From positions 310,001 to 374,000 of the forward strand of contig RSEE01000009.1 of NCBI GenBank assembly GCA_003971905.1: a DNA stretch of 64,000 nucleotides, given 5' to 3'. The notes beneath the pieces are model-generated. The model was given only the letters and a program-made list of their open reading frames with translations. It was not told the DNA's origin and made no database searches. The DNA is from Moniliella sp. 'wahieum' (taxonomy: Eukaryota). Each line of letters begins with the position of its first letter. The first letter of the stretch is position 1. This document shows positions 25,684-41,034 of the stretch, in pieces. A program made the translations under genes and the position numbers.

Positions 25684-28600
25684 TCATAAGTTGGCGAGTT
25701 TCACTCCCATTTCCAATTTCTCTGAACCGCCCGTCTCTCATCTCTCAGATCTCAGATCTCATCATTCTTTTCCCTGTCCTTTTGGCCCGTGCTCTGTCCA
25801 TGTTAGGCTTAGTATCCACCTGCACGAACGACATATGACACAACCTATTTTTTGCCTAGTTCCTGCATAATGCAGTGGCAACTATTACAGAACCGTGCAA
25901 TGTGTGCGATCGGGTGTGTCACAGTCGGAGAAAAGCGAGGAGGGAGACCAGAGTGGGGACTCGGCCAAGGGATATATAACAATCGTTCCTCGTTCCTGGG
26001 AAGAAACAATAGCAGATGACATGTTGCGAAGCGGAAGAACTGGGAAGGGGTAGACGGTCGGGACGAAGAAATTGGAAATGGGAGCGAGGTCAGCCAAACT
26101 ATGACAAAAACGGGCCCGAAAGGAAATGACTCTTCTCAAACGCCAAAATTTATGCCTATATGTTGTAACCAACATCTTTGACAGAGCTAAGCCTGTGGGA
26201 CAAAGAAACGCTGCAACCAAACCGGCCTGCTCATCCGGCGTGTGTGGTTTGTTGGGGCCAAACCCGCCCTTTACGGAACGAGGCCGGAAATCGCCAGCAG
26301 ATCAGGACCCTCTGGTACCCACGCCGTCCGTTCCCATACCCGAGGTGCGCGTGTGGATACGAATGAACAGGGTATAGACATCTGAGATCTGAGGGGTGAA
26401 CCATCTCCATTGAGACTCAGTACTTCATTCTTTCCAGTGCCCAAACATCTTTTGCTCGCCGCCTTGGTGCCATAGTGTCCTCGCGTTGTTGTGAACATCA
26501 ACAGGAAGAAAGGTTCTTGGCTGCGGCCCTGATACTTATAGTTTTGGAGAACAGCCAACTAACGAAGTAACTGAAGGAAGGGGATTGCTTTGGATATGCT
26601 GATGATATTCAGTCAGGCAACATGTAATGTGGTGCCTTCTACCCCAGAGGAAAAGGAGAAGCAGTCATACTGTAAACAACACATGATGAGACACACGCAC
26701 ACAAAGGCATCAATGAAGAACTACAACAGGGTCATATGCCGCGATGGGCAGACCCGTCAAGCAACATGACGCACGGACGGTATATATCTGGCTTCAGATC
26801 TTGACGGAACCGAGTGGTTAAAGAGGCGCGCAGGGAAATCCTTCTAGTGTGGGTGTTGTGTCAGGTGTCGCATGTCACACCTAGACCGCAGCCTGAGGCC
26901 CGCCAGGAGTTTGGGGGGGATGCATCCCTACATTGAAGGCCGCAAGGGTCGACTCACGGTAGGTTCGTGCTTGGGTTTGCTGCTGAATCCGAGCAGGGCT
27001 AAGGACAAGGAAATGTTTCTCAACAGTGTATGGCCGAAGGGGCTGCGTATTGTGCGGCAAGGCTGCGTAGAGGCAGTAAGAACCGTGTCTGAAGTCTTTG
27101 TTCCCACTTGGCCATGGGAAAAGTGGCAGCGGAGGACAAGGTTGCCCAAACTTGGAAGTCTAGAGCGGGAACCGGGAACATTGAAGCTGTGACGCAGAAC
27201 AAGTAAGGACTGAAAACTCCACGGATTGAATACGGGAAAAGCCGAACACTTAGCTGCTGGATAAAAAGCTGCAGCTAAAAGAGATGGCAACATGAAGAGA
27301 GAGCCGGAGAGGGGGAGAGCAGAGGAGGCAACAAAGAGAAGAAATCCGGTTTGTACCATATGGATTGAAAAAGGTGGAGCCGCCAATGGATTGAAGTATG
27401 GAAGGTGAAGACAACAATGGAACGTGGAGGAGACCCATGAACCATTGCTTGTAGTAGGCAGGGATCAAAAAAGGGAAACAACAACTCACAGTATCACTAC
27501 CGACCCCTTTTTGATAGTGTACACACGTCATCAATATCCATCGTGGCCTTGATGTCGCTGATGTCAGAAACCTTATTTATTCTGACATCCAGGATGTCAG
27601 CGCCATCTCGGCTCTCCCTTGCTATCCTCGTGTCAAGGACGCGAGTGAGGTCAAATCTGTTATCGGCGATCACAACGACAGTGCCATCAGTCTTCCAGCT
27701 TCGATGTTCAAGCAAAAGACAATGGTCCCTGGATCTGCTTATGCAACCTCGATGGTGGCCGGTCAGAGGGGTCTTTGTGCGAAGCGATGGCCTTGTGTTC
27801 CGCCGCTGTTCCGCCTCCTTGGATGTGTTTGCCGCGTATTCGCTGCTTCGCGGAAGTTGACCAGCGATGGGCCAGACATTCATCAATCACACCACTACTT
27901 TTCTTTGCATCTCGTCCAACTGAGCGATCTGTGGGCGACCGCTATGCGCCTCACTGGGAAGCCACCGGGCCCCGGCCCGGTCTGCTGAGGCTTCGCCCCA
28001 GCCTGTTGGGCTGGGTCACCGTTGCCACCGTAGCCGCCGTTCCACTGGTCCACCGGTCCACCCTTCCACGCTGGAACCCTTCCACGCTGGAGAGACAAAA
28101 TAATATCACCAACGAGGAGACCACCGGGCCTACGGCCCGGTCAGCTCTTCGCCCCAGCTCGGTGCTTGGCCGCCACCTTAGCCACCGTTCCCCCTAGAGA
28201 TACGCGCTGGCTGGGTGGACTGGAACGTGGCACGCGTCAGCTGATGTAAAAGTGTACAGGGGCGTTTCTCATGTCCCATTTTTTCACCCGGCCTCACGTA
28301 GTACGAAGAGTACTAGAGTACTGGTGGAGCTAGTGACTAGCGGCTAGTGAAGCTTGAAGCTTGAAGAGCTAGTGAAGCGAAGCTTGAAGAGATTATCGAT
28401 TGGTATGAGATCTGAGAATCGCAGTAGGCGATCAGTCGATGGCGCGCAGGCAGCGGGGTTGTACTGGTGCTCTCATGCGGCCCCGTGCGGCGCCAGCACA
28501 GGGGCTGTGTAGTGTAAGGTGCATCCCAAAGCATCTAAATACGATGGGCGTGAGAAAAATGGTCTCGTCGGCCTGAGCAAACGAGCAACTCATGTAACGC

Positions 28601-29850
28601 CGCAGGCGCAGACCGCGTACCGGAAGGCGGTACCTGAGAGCACCGCGACGCCTTTAAAGCTCTGTCAATGATAGGGATGCAGTATAGAGAAAACTAGAAC
28701 TCCACTCCTCCTCTCAGTGGCATGGTTCGGTGTAATCGTAATCTAATGTCCTTGACCCAAGTTGCAGCACGGTGTTGAGCAACCGGGTGCCTCCTTTGTT
28801 TTGTCCAACGTCTCCAATCGCCGGCGCCCCAGTATAGGGTAAAGGCGTAGTGCAAAAGCGTGGAACCTTCCTGGTCATTCCTTCTAATACTCCTTCCTGG
28901 AAGGCACAGGAGTATTCTCTAGTCTCTGTATTTTCTTGACTCTTGTTACGAGGCGCTCCGGTGTCTCCCGACGCAGAGCCCCGCATGTCATAGGCATCTC
29001 TTACTAGCACGTCAGCCTCTACATAGGCTAGCAAGAGAGAGCTTATTATCCATGCAGCTGGCATCCTTCGCAACCCGCTCAATATGATATGAGCGCATGG
29101 GTAGGATGCTTTGTTCCCATTGCGCCCACAGTCTTGGCAGAACCCTTTGTCTGCTGCGGCCCACCGGACCCCGCATCTGACAGAACAGACTGCGCTTTAT
29201 GCCTTAATATTGTAGCTCTCTCTTGCTAGGCTATGTAGAGACTGACCCCTTTGGAAGAGATTCCTACGAAATGCGGGGCTCTGCGTCAGGACATAGCGGA
29301 GCGCCCCGTAACATCTCTGTAGCTCATCCGCTCATGTGTAAAATGCAATACACCGTCAACTGCTTGCTCTCTGGTCTTTCACATCATTATTCAGCCCACC
29401 GCGGACACGGTTCCATGCGCTAGTATGTCCGTCGAAGCGGAGGGTGCACTACACAGTGCAAGTACTCGCGCTATCTGTGACAGTTGCAGCACGGTTCGAT
29501 GTGGCGTATACCAGGCCAAGCGCCAAGCGCCAAGTGGCGCCACTGTAGGGAAAAGGCGCAGCCTAAGCGCGGATGCTTCCTTATCAATCCTTCCAATATT
29601 CCTTCCTGGAGGGCAGGAGTATATTCTCTAGCCTCTGTAGCTCTCATGTGCAAATGTTTAGTAGCACTATGTCACAGTCGGGGCTAAGGTGAGGGAGACC
29701 AGGATCGGACTAGGCCAAGGGGTAGCAATCGTTCGTGGGGAAGAAGCAAGAACAGAGGACATGGTGCGAAGTGGAAGGAACAGGGAAGGAGCGAGACGCT
29801 CGAGACGAAGAAATTGGAAATGGGAGCGAGATCAGCCAAACTATGACACA
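25684..29850. repeat. Patchwork of locally duplicated and inverted, degenerate gene-like fragments
   Basis: 25980-26107 resembles 29725-29850 (direct), with an inverted partial copy at about 25684-25740. 28944-29042 is inverted against 29215-29313. About 28845-28930 resembles about 29555-29640 (direct). Confidence 0.8.
26870..28265 (-). pseudogene. Degenerate copy of a gene-plus-upstream unit also present at about 47214-48270
   Basis: Shared blocks: ggtcgactcacRgtaggttcg.gcttggg (GTGAGT donor on the - strand), ggcaaggctgcgt, cttcgccccagc..gccaccttagccaccgttcccc, tggaacgtggcacg..cagctgatgtaaaa.gtg.acaggg. Confidence 0.6.
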
Positions 29851-32730
29851 CTAGTGGCAGTGATTAAAGGCGAGGCCAACTCTTATTCATTCCACCGCCT
29901 GAACGCTTTCGGACCCCGCCAGTCCCGATATGGCCCCCATCAGACCCGATGTGGATATTTTGATGACAACCAGTGGCCTGGCGAGGCAACCAGACTGCAT
30001 CCAGGACCAGCCGGACGACATCCGCGCACACCTCGGCCATTATACGTTTGTTCACCTCCAAGCCGACTTCCAAGCCTCGGCCAGCCGCCTGTTGGAGAGC
30101 ATGACGTGCTCGACACCCCATGTGGAGGGCCATGATCCGACTCCAAGATCAGGTCGCAGACGTCCGCGAAGCCGTAAGTGGGGTAAACGAAATGCAACAT
30201 GAACTCCATGAAGCGCAAAACGGAAAGTTCTTCATGGGATCATGACGCGGACGGCCACATGTCGCAGGCCACTGCGAGCCAGGATGAAGGCGCAGAAAAG
30301 CGGACTCAAGATGCTGTTGGCCAAGTCCGCCCTATGTCTGTATGCCTCCATTTTTCATCTTCAGATGATTAAGGCTGACTACAGCATCTTTTTCCGTTTA
30401 AAGGCATTTTGGTTTTGCAGCGCAAGTACATTAAACATAGTCATGCGTTCCATGAAGGCTCCTTGGGAAGCGTCTCATCTAGGTGCCTTTGTGCGGTATG
30501 TACTATCTATCTTGAATCGCTCGAGACCACTCTGACAAAAGGAAGAAAGGAAAAGGTTGGGTTGAGCAGGAATGGGCCAAAAGTCACGTTGCCAGACCAA
30601 GGCCTCCTGGCACCGTTATCGATGCTGCAACTGATGATAAAGGGTGCCTAGGCAAAGAAGTACGGGCAAGAATAACGCTAGCCATAGCGGTCATCCGCTA
30701 CGAGATCGTAACTAATGTGCGTATCTTCATTTGGTTCCTTTCCTCTTCACGGTACGTTCTGAACGCTTCTACCCGAACCCACTTGCAGGTGGAGACGCAC
30801 CACTGGGTAAGTAAGGCCCGCGGGCCCACGTTGGGTGTCGTCAGTGTCGCCTCATTTCACAAGAAGGTTGTCAAACACAACCTGGGAGACTATGACCGCA
30901 ACCTCAACGGCGTGGAGGGCAGGATCCTTCCGATGCGCATTCCCATCCTCCTTCATCTCTGTCTCGATTTGCTGAATATACAACCAGGTGGAGAAGCTGT
31001 CTAACGGACTGTAAAACCAGTGGGGCATTTTACTGGATGCCATCCCTGAGACTCCGGTGCAACTGTACCCGCTGATCCTCGTCGCAGCGCCTGTGATACT
31101 AACCCTTCGAACACATGTGGTGACTCGGCACGATATGCAATACCAATCTATCCAAATACCAGATCTCCTTTTTTGTGGTTTATTATAGGATTAGCCAACA
31201 TTATTATTGGATAGTCCCCCAAAGAAACGTGTATGCAACAGGAGCAGTCATAGTCCTCGATGTTGACAGTGTCATCGGCGGATGCAATGATGCCATGGAA
31301 AGCTGCGGAGACATTGATGTCGGGGTACCCGGGGACGTCAATGCCATCGTTGGAGATTTATTACCCCTATGGTATCACCCACGTCAATGACACCCCCGAC
31401 GTCTAAGGCACTCACGACGTCTAAGGCATCTTTGGTAGTGCTGTCCATCGCCGATATATTTGACGTTAATCCTATCATTCATAGGGCGTAACCCGTTGGT
31501 GTTTTCCCCTTCCCTGATGTCTTTGATACCCTGAGCGAGTCTCGTATCCATGGTGCCAATGACATCCATTTCGTATCTGACATCATGGATATCACTACCG
31601 TCCCCGGCATCGAAAACAGCTGTGTTATTTACTTGATATCTATGAAACACTCATTGTCGTCCCCAATCTATGACCGTCATGATCGTCATGACGGTCATGG
31701 ATGTCAGAAAGGGGTCGGTAGTGCATTATAGAGGGTACTAGTAAAAACAGAGAAGGATGGACATGCAAAAACTTGGGAGTACAGTCACCACACAAGGGAG
31801 ACTGTGTTCCCGAGAGGGGGAAACCAGGAAACAATACAAGCGGACTCACAGCGCTCCGTTCCTAATGACTCCAGGACGACACATGCCTGTATTAAGAATA
31901 GCAGAAAGAATAGCGTACTATATCCGCACCTTTGATTGGAGAGTGTAAGCGACGACGCGAAAGCCATAGATTCGTAAGGGTGACAAGAATAAAGGGGATG
32001 TCCAGCTACGATTAGGGTGTTGATCAGGTTTGATCGGAAGGAACAAATTGGTTGATAACATAAGAGGACCGGCATACACCAGCAAAAACCCCAACGGTGT
32101 AATACCACCGGTGGAATGCATGCCGTATCAGAGCACGGATCACCTCGATCACCAGGGGGCTCACTGCGCTCATCACTGTTGCAGTGCCAACACTAGCGCG
32201 ACTCTCATATAGGCAAACACGGAGCAAGGGTGCCGCGCAAGGTCTAGTGGGCTCAAGCTTCAAGCTTCAAGCTTCAGATGAAGCTTCAGACTTCTGGTCT
32301 AAGGGATCGGAAGAGACACCACTGCATACATTGCCCTTGTGTGGCATGTGACCCGCAGGTTGCGCAGGAAGAAGCGCAAGAGTCAGGTCGACCTCGCGGC
32401 GCACACCTCGGCCCAACGTGGCCAGAGAAGAATAAAAAAGAGTACAGAGCAGATAGATGGGAATATGCATGGTGCACCAAAACGAGATGACGAGGGAATC
32501 GCGGGGGAATCACAGGGTAGCCAGGCTACGCAGGAGAAGGGAAGCGAGTATCCCAACTACCCAACCACTCAAAGAAAAGGGCCAGTTCCTATACTGGCTG
32601 GTTGGTTCCTACCTCCCTCACCCCTGAGATCCGAGAGAGGGAAACGAAACCTGAGCGGAGCGAAACGAGGATGGACGCTCGATGCGCTTCACACACGCAT
32701 CCTCAGTTTGCTTAGTTGCTCAACCCCTCC

Positions 32731-35624
<2,894 letters not shown>

Positions 35625-36607
35625 TCAGCGGTGCATGCCAGTCACGCGTCGCATGAGCCACCGCGGTGCACGCACCAAACGCCCGGGCAGCGTGCCAGCG
35701 GCCGTGCGTGCGCTGGTAGGGTGTCTGTCGGCCGAAAGCGGCCAATGCGACGCAGACGGCCGTCCGCTGGCGCAGGGCTGCGTGCAACCCAGCCTGGGCA
35801 CTGGCGCCTGCCTGCGCGGCGTGCAACCCGTGTGCATTAGCAATCCAGAAGGCTGCCCCCCGGCCGACGAGGCCCAAGGTGGAACATGCAAACGTGAAAG
35901 CCCGCGCCTCAGCGGGCACTGGCCTGCAGTGGCTTGCCAAGCCTTGCTGGTGCATCCCCGCCAGCATCCGTCTGGCCAAGTCCGTACAGTCCGCACGCAG
36001 ACCCAGTGCGACGTCCGGACATGCTGGACTAGTCCCTCCTGTCCTCCCCTGTCCCACGACCAACCACGAGGGCCGTCAGACCTCATGGAAACATTCAACA
36101 CTCAACCCCGGCCTCCTGCTTCCTCCTGCCCGCCCCCCTACCCTCCACCCCCTGTATAGGGTAGGGTGTAGAGTAGATCCACCCAGTAGCCCGCCTCCTG
36201 TCGACCTCCTGTAACAAGCCGAGCTGTGTGGGTCCAAGTGCATCCAGCAGTATCTGACATCTTACTCCAAGTGCTGCTTTTGTTCCGTCTGTGACGGGGG
36301 CGGACGAGCGTGCGTGCCACTGGCAGATTGACAGGCTCGACCCATACTATAGTAGGTGGACATGCACCCGAGCACTCGAACTTGTCACTGCATTGCACAA
36401 CCGTTGGCCCATTCTTCTCCGAAGATGCATCCATCCTTCTTGCTGATATTCTCTTTCGTTTCTATTTCCATCTGACAGTCGAAGACGTAACTCCTCTCCT
36501 ATGCTCCCGCTCGACCCAATCATGGTATCTGCGCAAACTCCTCGCCTGCCTCCTGCGCCGTCAAAAACGATAATCGATCATTGTTATTGATCTGTATGCA
36601 CGTGGCC

Positions 36608-37976
36608 TCAAGCCCACACACCAGCCACCCCCTTGGCCTCGGCAGCTTTGTTCAGCTCGGCCTTAGCAGCGGCACCAGCCTTCTCCACGTCAGCGCGCAG
36701 CGTAGCAACTTCAGTCGGGTCGAGCGCCTCAACCAGCGCGTCGAGACCGTTGAGCTGTGCCTCAATCACAGCGGCCGAAGCGGCGTACCAGCGGGCTGGA
36801 AGTAGTTGTTCGCGGTCAGCACCGCCGAAATGGCCTTCTTCTCCTTCTTGATCTTCTTCTTGGCCGCCTCACGCTGCTTCTTGGCCGCCTCCCGCTCGGC
36901 CTTGCCAGCAGCGTCGGCCTGCGCGGCCTGCTCCTTGCCTTCTTCTCCTCTTCCGCCTTGGCCTTCTTAGCGGCCAGCGCCTGCTGCGGCGTCAGACGCG
37001 CACCGGCCGCACCACGACCAGCCTGCTGCTGCTGCTGGGGCGCGCGAACTTTGCGGCGTGCCTCACGTGCCGCCTTCTCCTCAGCTTTGAACTTCTTAAT
37101 CCGCGGGTCGGTAGCCAACGCCTTGTCGACCAACGAGCGAAGGCGGGCATTGTCCTCCTTTTTGCGCTTGGCACGTTCAGCACGGTTCTTCTTCTCCATG
37201 TAGCGCTTCTCATCACGCGAGTCGGAACCCTCGTTGACGTCCTTGTCCAAGTACTCAAACGAGCGCCACGAGTCAAAGTTGTACCAGAACGAGTAGAAGG
37301 CATCCACATCTTCCTTGCTCGATTCCTCCGTGCCGATCGAGGCACGGGGCCGTTGGACGGCTCGGAAAAGCGCGCTTCCAGCTCAAATACAGGTGCCCAG
37401 ATCTCAAAGAACTTTTCGGCCGGCTCCTTGCCCGTGGGTTCCTTGATGTGGTCAAACGCAGGGTCGACCGAATCGAACTGCCGACGCTTCTCGGGGGTAG
37501 AGAGGATCTCATGCGCCTTGGCAATGCACTTGAAGAAGGCATCGTCCGACGCCAGACCACCCGCACCGGCTTTCTTGTCAGGGTGGTGCTTCAGGACCTT
37601 TTTGCGATGCGCAATCTTGATCTGATCGGGAGTGGCCTTGTAGCGGAACTTGGACAGACCAAGCACAGCGTAGTGGTCCTGGTGCTTCCACTCCTTGGGG
37701 TCGGACGACAAGATCCTCCGACTCGGACTCTTCGCCCACACCCAAGTCGTCCTCCTCCTCATCGCCCTCGAGCTCCGCCGCCACACGCGCCGATTCTTCC
37801 TCGTCGTCCTCGGCAAAGGAACGAGCGTTGAGGTTGCGACGGACGTGGCCAAGGTACGAAGGGCCGGCAGGGAAGAGGACGACAGGCTCCACCTTGGAGA
37901 TGGAGCTGGTCGAGCCCGGCTTGAAATCCGCCGGGGCAGCGCCCAGCTCAAACGGCAGCGTCAGGATCGTCGCCAT
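36608..37976 (-). CDS. ZUO1: Zuotin (ribosome-associated J-domain co-chaperone)
   Basis: [104 protein letters not shown]. Confidence 0.96.
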
Positions 37977-38235
37977 GGTGGGGGGAAGGGAAAGAGCAAG
38001 CCGCCGCCAACTACGCTGAAGATTCGGGTGGCCCAAAGTGGCCACGTTTCTTTTCTTTTTTTTTTCCTTCTTCCGCGGGCGCAAACCGATTAGGTCAGCA
38101 TGCCGCGGTGGGTGCGTTTTTGCAATGTTGCGAGACCAACGCTTTTTTTTGGGTTGGGCGTTCTCGTAACTGCAGGGCATGGCCCCTCCCGTCTCCACCC
38201 CCACCAGAACTGCCGTGTGTGCAATGAGCGCCGCC

Positions 38236-39456
38236 ATGGACAGGAGGCGTAACAACGGGCCCGAGACGTCTATGCCCCCTTGGTGCTGAGTCCATCCGAC
38301 TGGTCTCGCATCGCATCGGCTCCCAGCGCCGACGTATCCAAGCCCCCACCCACCGCGGCCTTGCCCCGCCCGACGGCCGGCAGGCCGATGCTCTGCGTCC
38401 AATGTGTATGTCGCCTCCCCCTCCCCCTCCTGTTTTGGTATTGGCAGGGCCCCTTCTCACCACTCATTATGTTCATTGATTATTCAATGTGGTCTCATTG
38501 GACAAGGTAGCGGGAGCGCGTACCTCGAAGCTGGGCAACTCAAGTTGGCCTGCGCTGTGTACGGCCCGCGACAAGTTCGCGGAAAACAGTACTTGGGCCA
38601 TGGCGAGCTCAATGTCGACGTGCGCTATGCTCCATTCGCTTCGATGCGGAGGAAACGGCCAGGAAAGGTAAGTTTTGTCCCCCCCCCCCTCCCCCTTCAC
38701 CTGGGTGGAACGTGCACCTATGATCTGGTAGATTGTTTTTTTTCTTTTGTCCTAACCGAACGCCCCTCCCCTTGTCTTCCTTCTGTCCCTCTGTAGGACG
38801 CTGAATCTTCCACCTTGTCCGAGCTGGTCCACGCTGCGCTGTACCCGCGTTGCGACTGGACTTGCTGCCCAAAGCGAGCATCGATGTTTTCATCACTGTG
38901 CTCGAGGCCGATGGACCGGAGGAAACGACGGTCGCCGCCTCGGTTACGGCCGCGAGCACTGCGCTGGCCCAAGCTGGCATCGAGATGTATGGCTTGGTGG
39001 CCGGGGTCACGGGGCTCTTGGTTGAGGCTCCACGACGGGCCCCAGTCGGATCCGGACCGGGGGGCGCTGGATGGCACGCATGAGCAGCGGCTTCGACCCG
39101 CTCCTGGTGGTGGATCCTACGTTGCAAGAGGCTACGTCTGCCTTTGTTCGGGGTACGGTGCAGTGAATGCCATGCCGGCTTTGGGCAGTGTCACGTCCCT
39201 TCGTCATCTCATCAGCCAAGGAACTGAATACGAAGTGATTGATGCGGTGTGTACTCCTCTTCCCCTTTTTTGCTTGCTTTCTTGCTTTCGAGGGTTCTGT
39301 TCGCGAGCATGGCAGACGATGGGAGGCTGACCGGTTCCTTTTTTGTCTTGTTTTATTGTGGTGTTTGCTTTGTAGGCGGTGGAAACGTTGATGGCCAAAG
39401 CGACCGAGGTGCATTATGTCATGGCCAATGCCTTGGCCAAGCACTTTGACCAATAA
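38236..39456 (+). CDS. MTR3: Exosome RNase PH-like subunit (Mtr3-like)
   Basis: MDRRRNNGPE..GLIGQGSGSAYLEAGQLKLACAVYGPR..LNVDVRYAPFA, LDLLPKASIDVFITVLEADG..VTAASTALAQAGIEMYGLV. Introns at about 38668-38796 and 39247-39375. Confidence 0.88.
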
Positions 39457-39854
39457 GAATGCAATCGTGCCAATTGACTCGGCGGGTAGAGAAAGGCGAA
39501 GGGGAAGCGGGGGGGCCAGGCCAGGCCAGGGAGATGAAGATGAAGGGCAGGAAGGGAAAGGTGATCGGTCGCTCCAGAGAGATCGAGCCAGAGAAAGGAT
39601 GGATGTATGAGCTTACGAGAGCGAACCGATCGCGTTGCGTCCAAGGAGGCCTGAGTTTGACTTGTGAGGTCGTTCACGTCGGCCTGCCTCTGGTATCACC
39701 ATTTCATCACGCCCCGATGCCGCTATTCCGCTTGAATATCATTCCGCTTGTGCTCCTTCACGCGTCACTGCGTCACACGTCCATCCTGGTCGGGGCAGTT
39801 CGCACTTTGAGCACGAAAGCGTCGTCTCGGGGCCCACCACACCGTGTGGCAACC

Positions 39855-40504
39855 ATGCCGCCCGCTGCGGTTGACGACTCGACGCGTACGACGTGCCTCT
39901 TGGTGGCTCGCTCCGGATCAAGGGCGGCGCATCCAAGTCCAAATCCAAGTCCAAGTCCAAGGCCACGTCCACGTCCAAGTCGCATAAGAAGCGATCCCAC
40001 CGTGCGGCGGGGGAAGACGAGCGCAAGTCCAAGGACGGATCCCGCTCCCACCAGTCCCACCGGTCTTCCCATTCTTCCCACCGTTCCTCCGATCCTGCTG
40101 CTGGAACAGGTACCGAGCATGAACCAGCTCTGCGCGATAGCCCCACTGGTTCTTCCCACCTCCCCCCCTCCCCGAGCGAGAAGCAAGAGGAACGGGAGGA
40201 ACGGCAAGACCGGCGCCGGTACCGCACCAAGTCCGAGGCCAAGTTTGAAGAAGCTCGATTGCGTCGGTTGGGACAGCGGGTGGCCAAGGAAGCTACGTTT
40301 TCCCACAAAGATCGGGTGGAAGCATTCAACAATCACCTTGCTTCGCTACGGAGCACTTTGATATGCCCAAGGTACGTTGCTGTCGATGTTTGGTGCCTAG
40401 GTCCTGTGGTCCTTTGGTCCTCTGGTTCTCTGATCCCTGGGTCCTTTGATTCGTTATTTGGGTGGCTGACTATGAGACGTTTCTGCCAGATCGGACCGGG
40501 CTAA
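39855..40504 (+). CDS. FAM32A: FAM32A/DUF1754 family small basic spliceosome-associated protein
   Basis: GGSLRIKG..KSEAKFEEARLRRL..SHKDRVEAFNNHLASL(T)EHFDMPK, intron (about 40372-40489), IGPG*. The C-terminal motif is typical of the family. Confidence 0.88.
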
Positions 40505-41034
40505 GGTGGATGGGGGTGGGCCCTGCACGGAGTTCGGGGGGATGCCACGTACGTTGCGTTGGGTGCGAGAGCGTGAATGCCACTCGCATTTTCGACAGTA
40601 TTCTATTGGAAGTTACCGATAACACTCACGTGCCAGAGGGTTCAACCTAGAGGGATGAAGTGGGGGAGAGAAAGGTTGGAAGAAGAGACGACAAAGACGA
40701 TCGAGCTGCCAGAAACGATCGTTCCTACCACCCACCTACAGTCAAGGGGTTAAACGTTAAGGGTTAAGGCCTAAGGGGTTCGATCTGAAACTTCTCAGAT
40801 TGGGAGCATCAATCACAGAATGGAGAGAGGTAAGTGGGCGAAGCCGTGACTGTGGACGTGAGCGCCTAGATCGAGTTGGCGCAAAACGTGTATGAACAGA
40901 ACACCAATTGGGGGCGCGCGCAGGGGGGAGGGGGGGGGGACGTCGCGGGAGGGGGCAAAGGAGGAAGACAAAAACGAAAGTGAGGTGGCATTGGACAAAA
41001 GGGGAGGGACGGGGTCGGGGCGACGATAACAGAG

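Noticed and set aside
32218..32249. Possible Helitron 3' end (GC-rich stretch then CTAGT) closing the accessory region
   Set aside because: The hairpin is weak, no matching 5' TC terminus or RepHel remnant was found, and CTAG is common here.
40745..40795. GGTTCGAT T-loop-like motif and GGGTTAA repeats (tRNA or interstitial telomere)
   Set aside because: No cloverleaf can be folded, and there are only two or three imperfect units.
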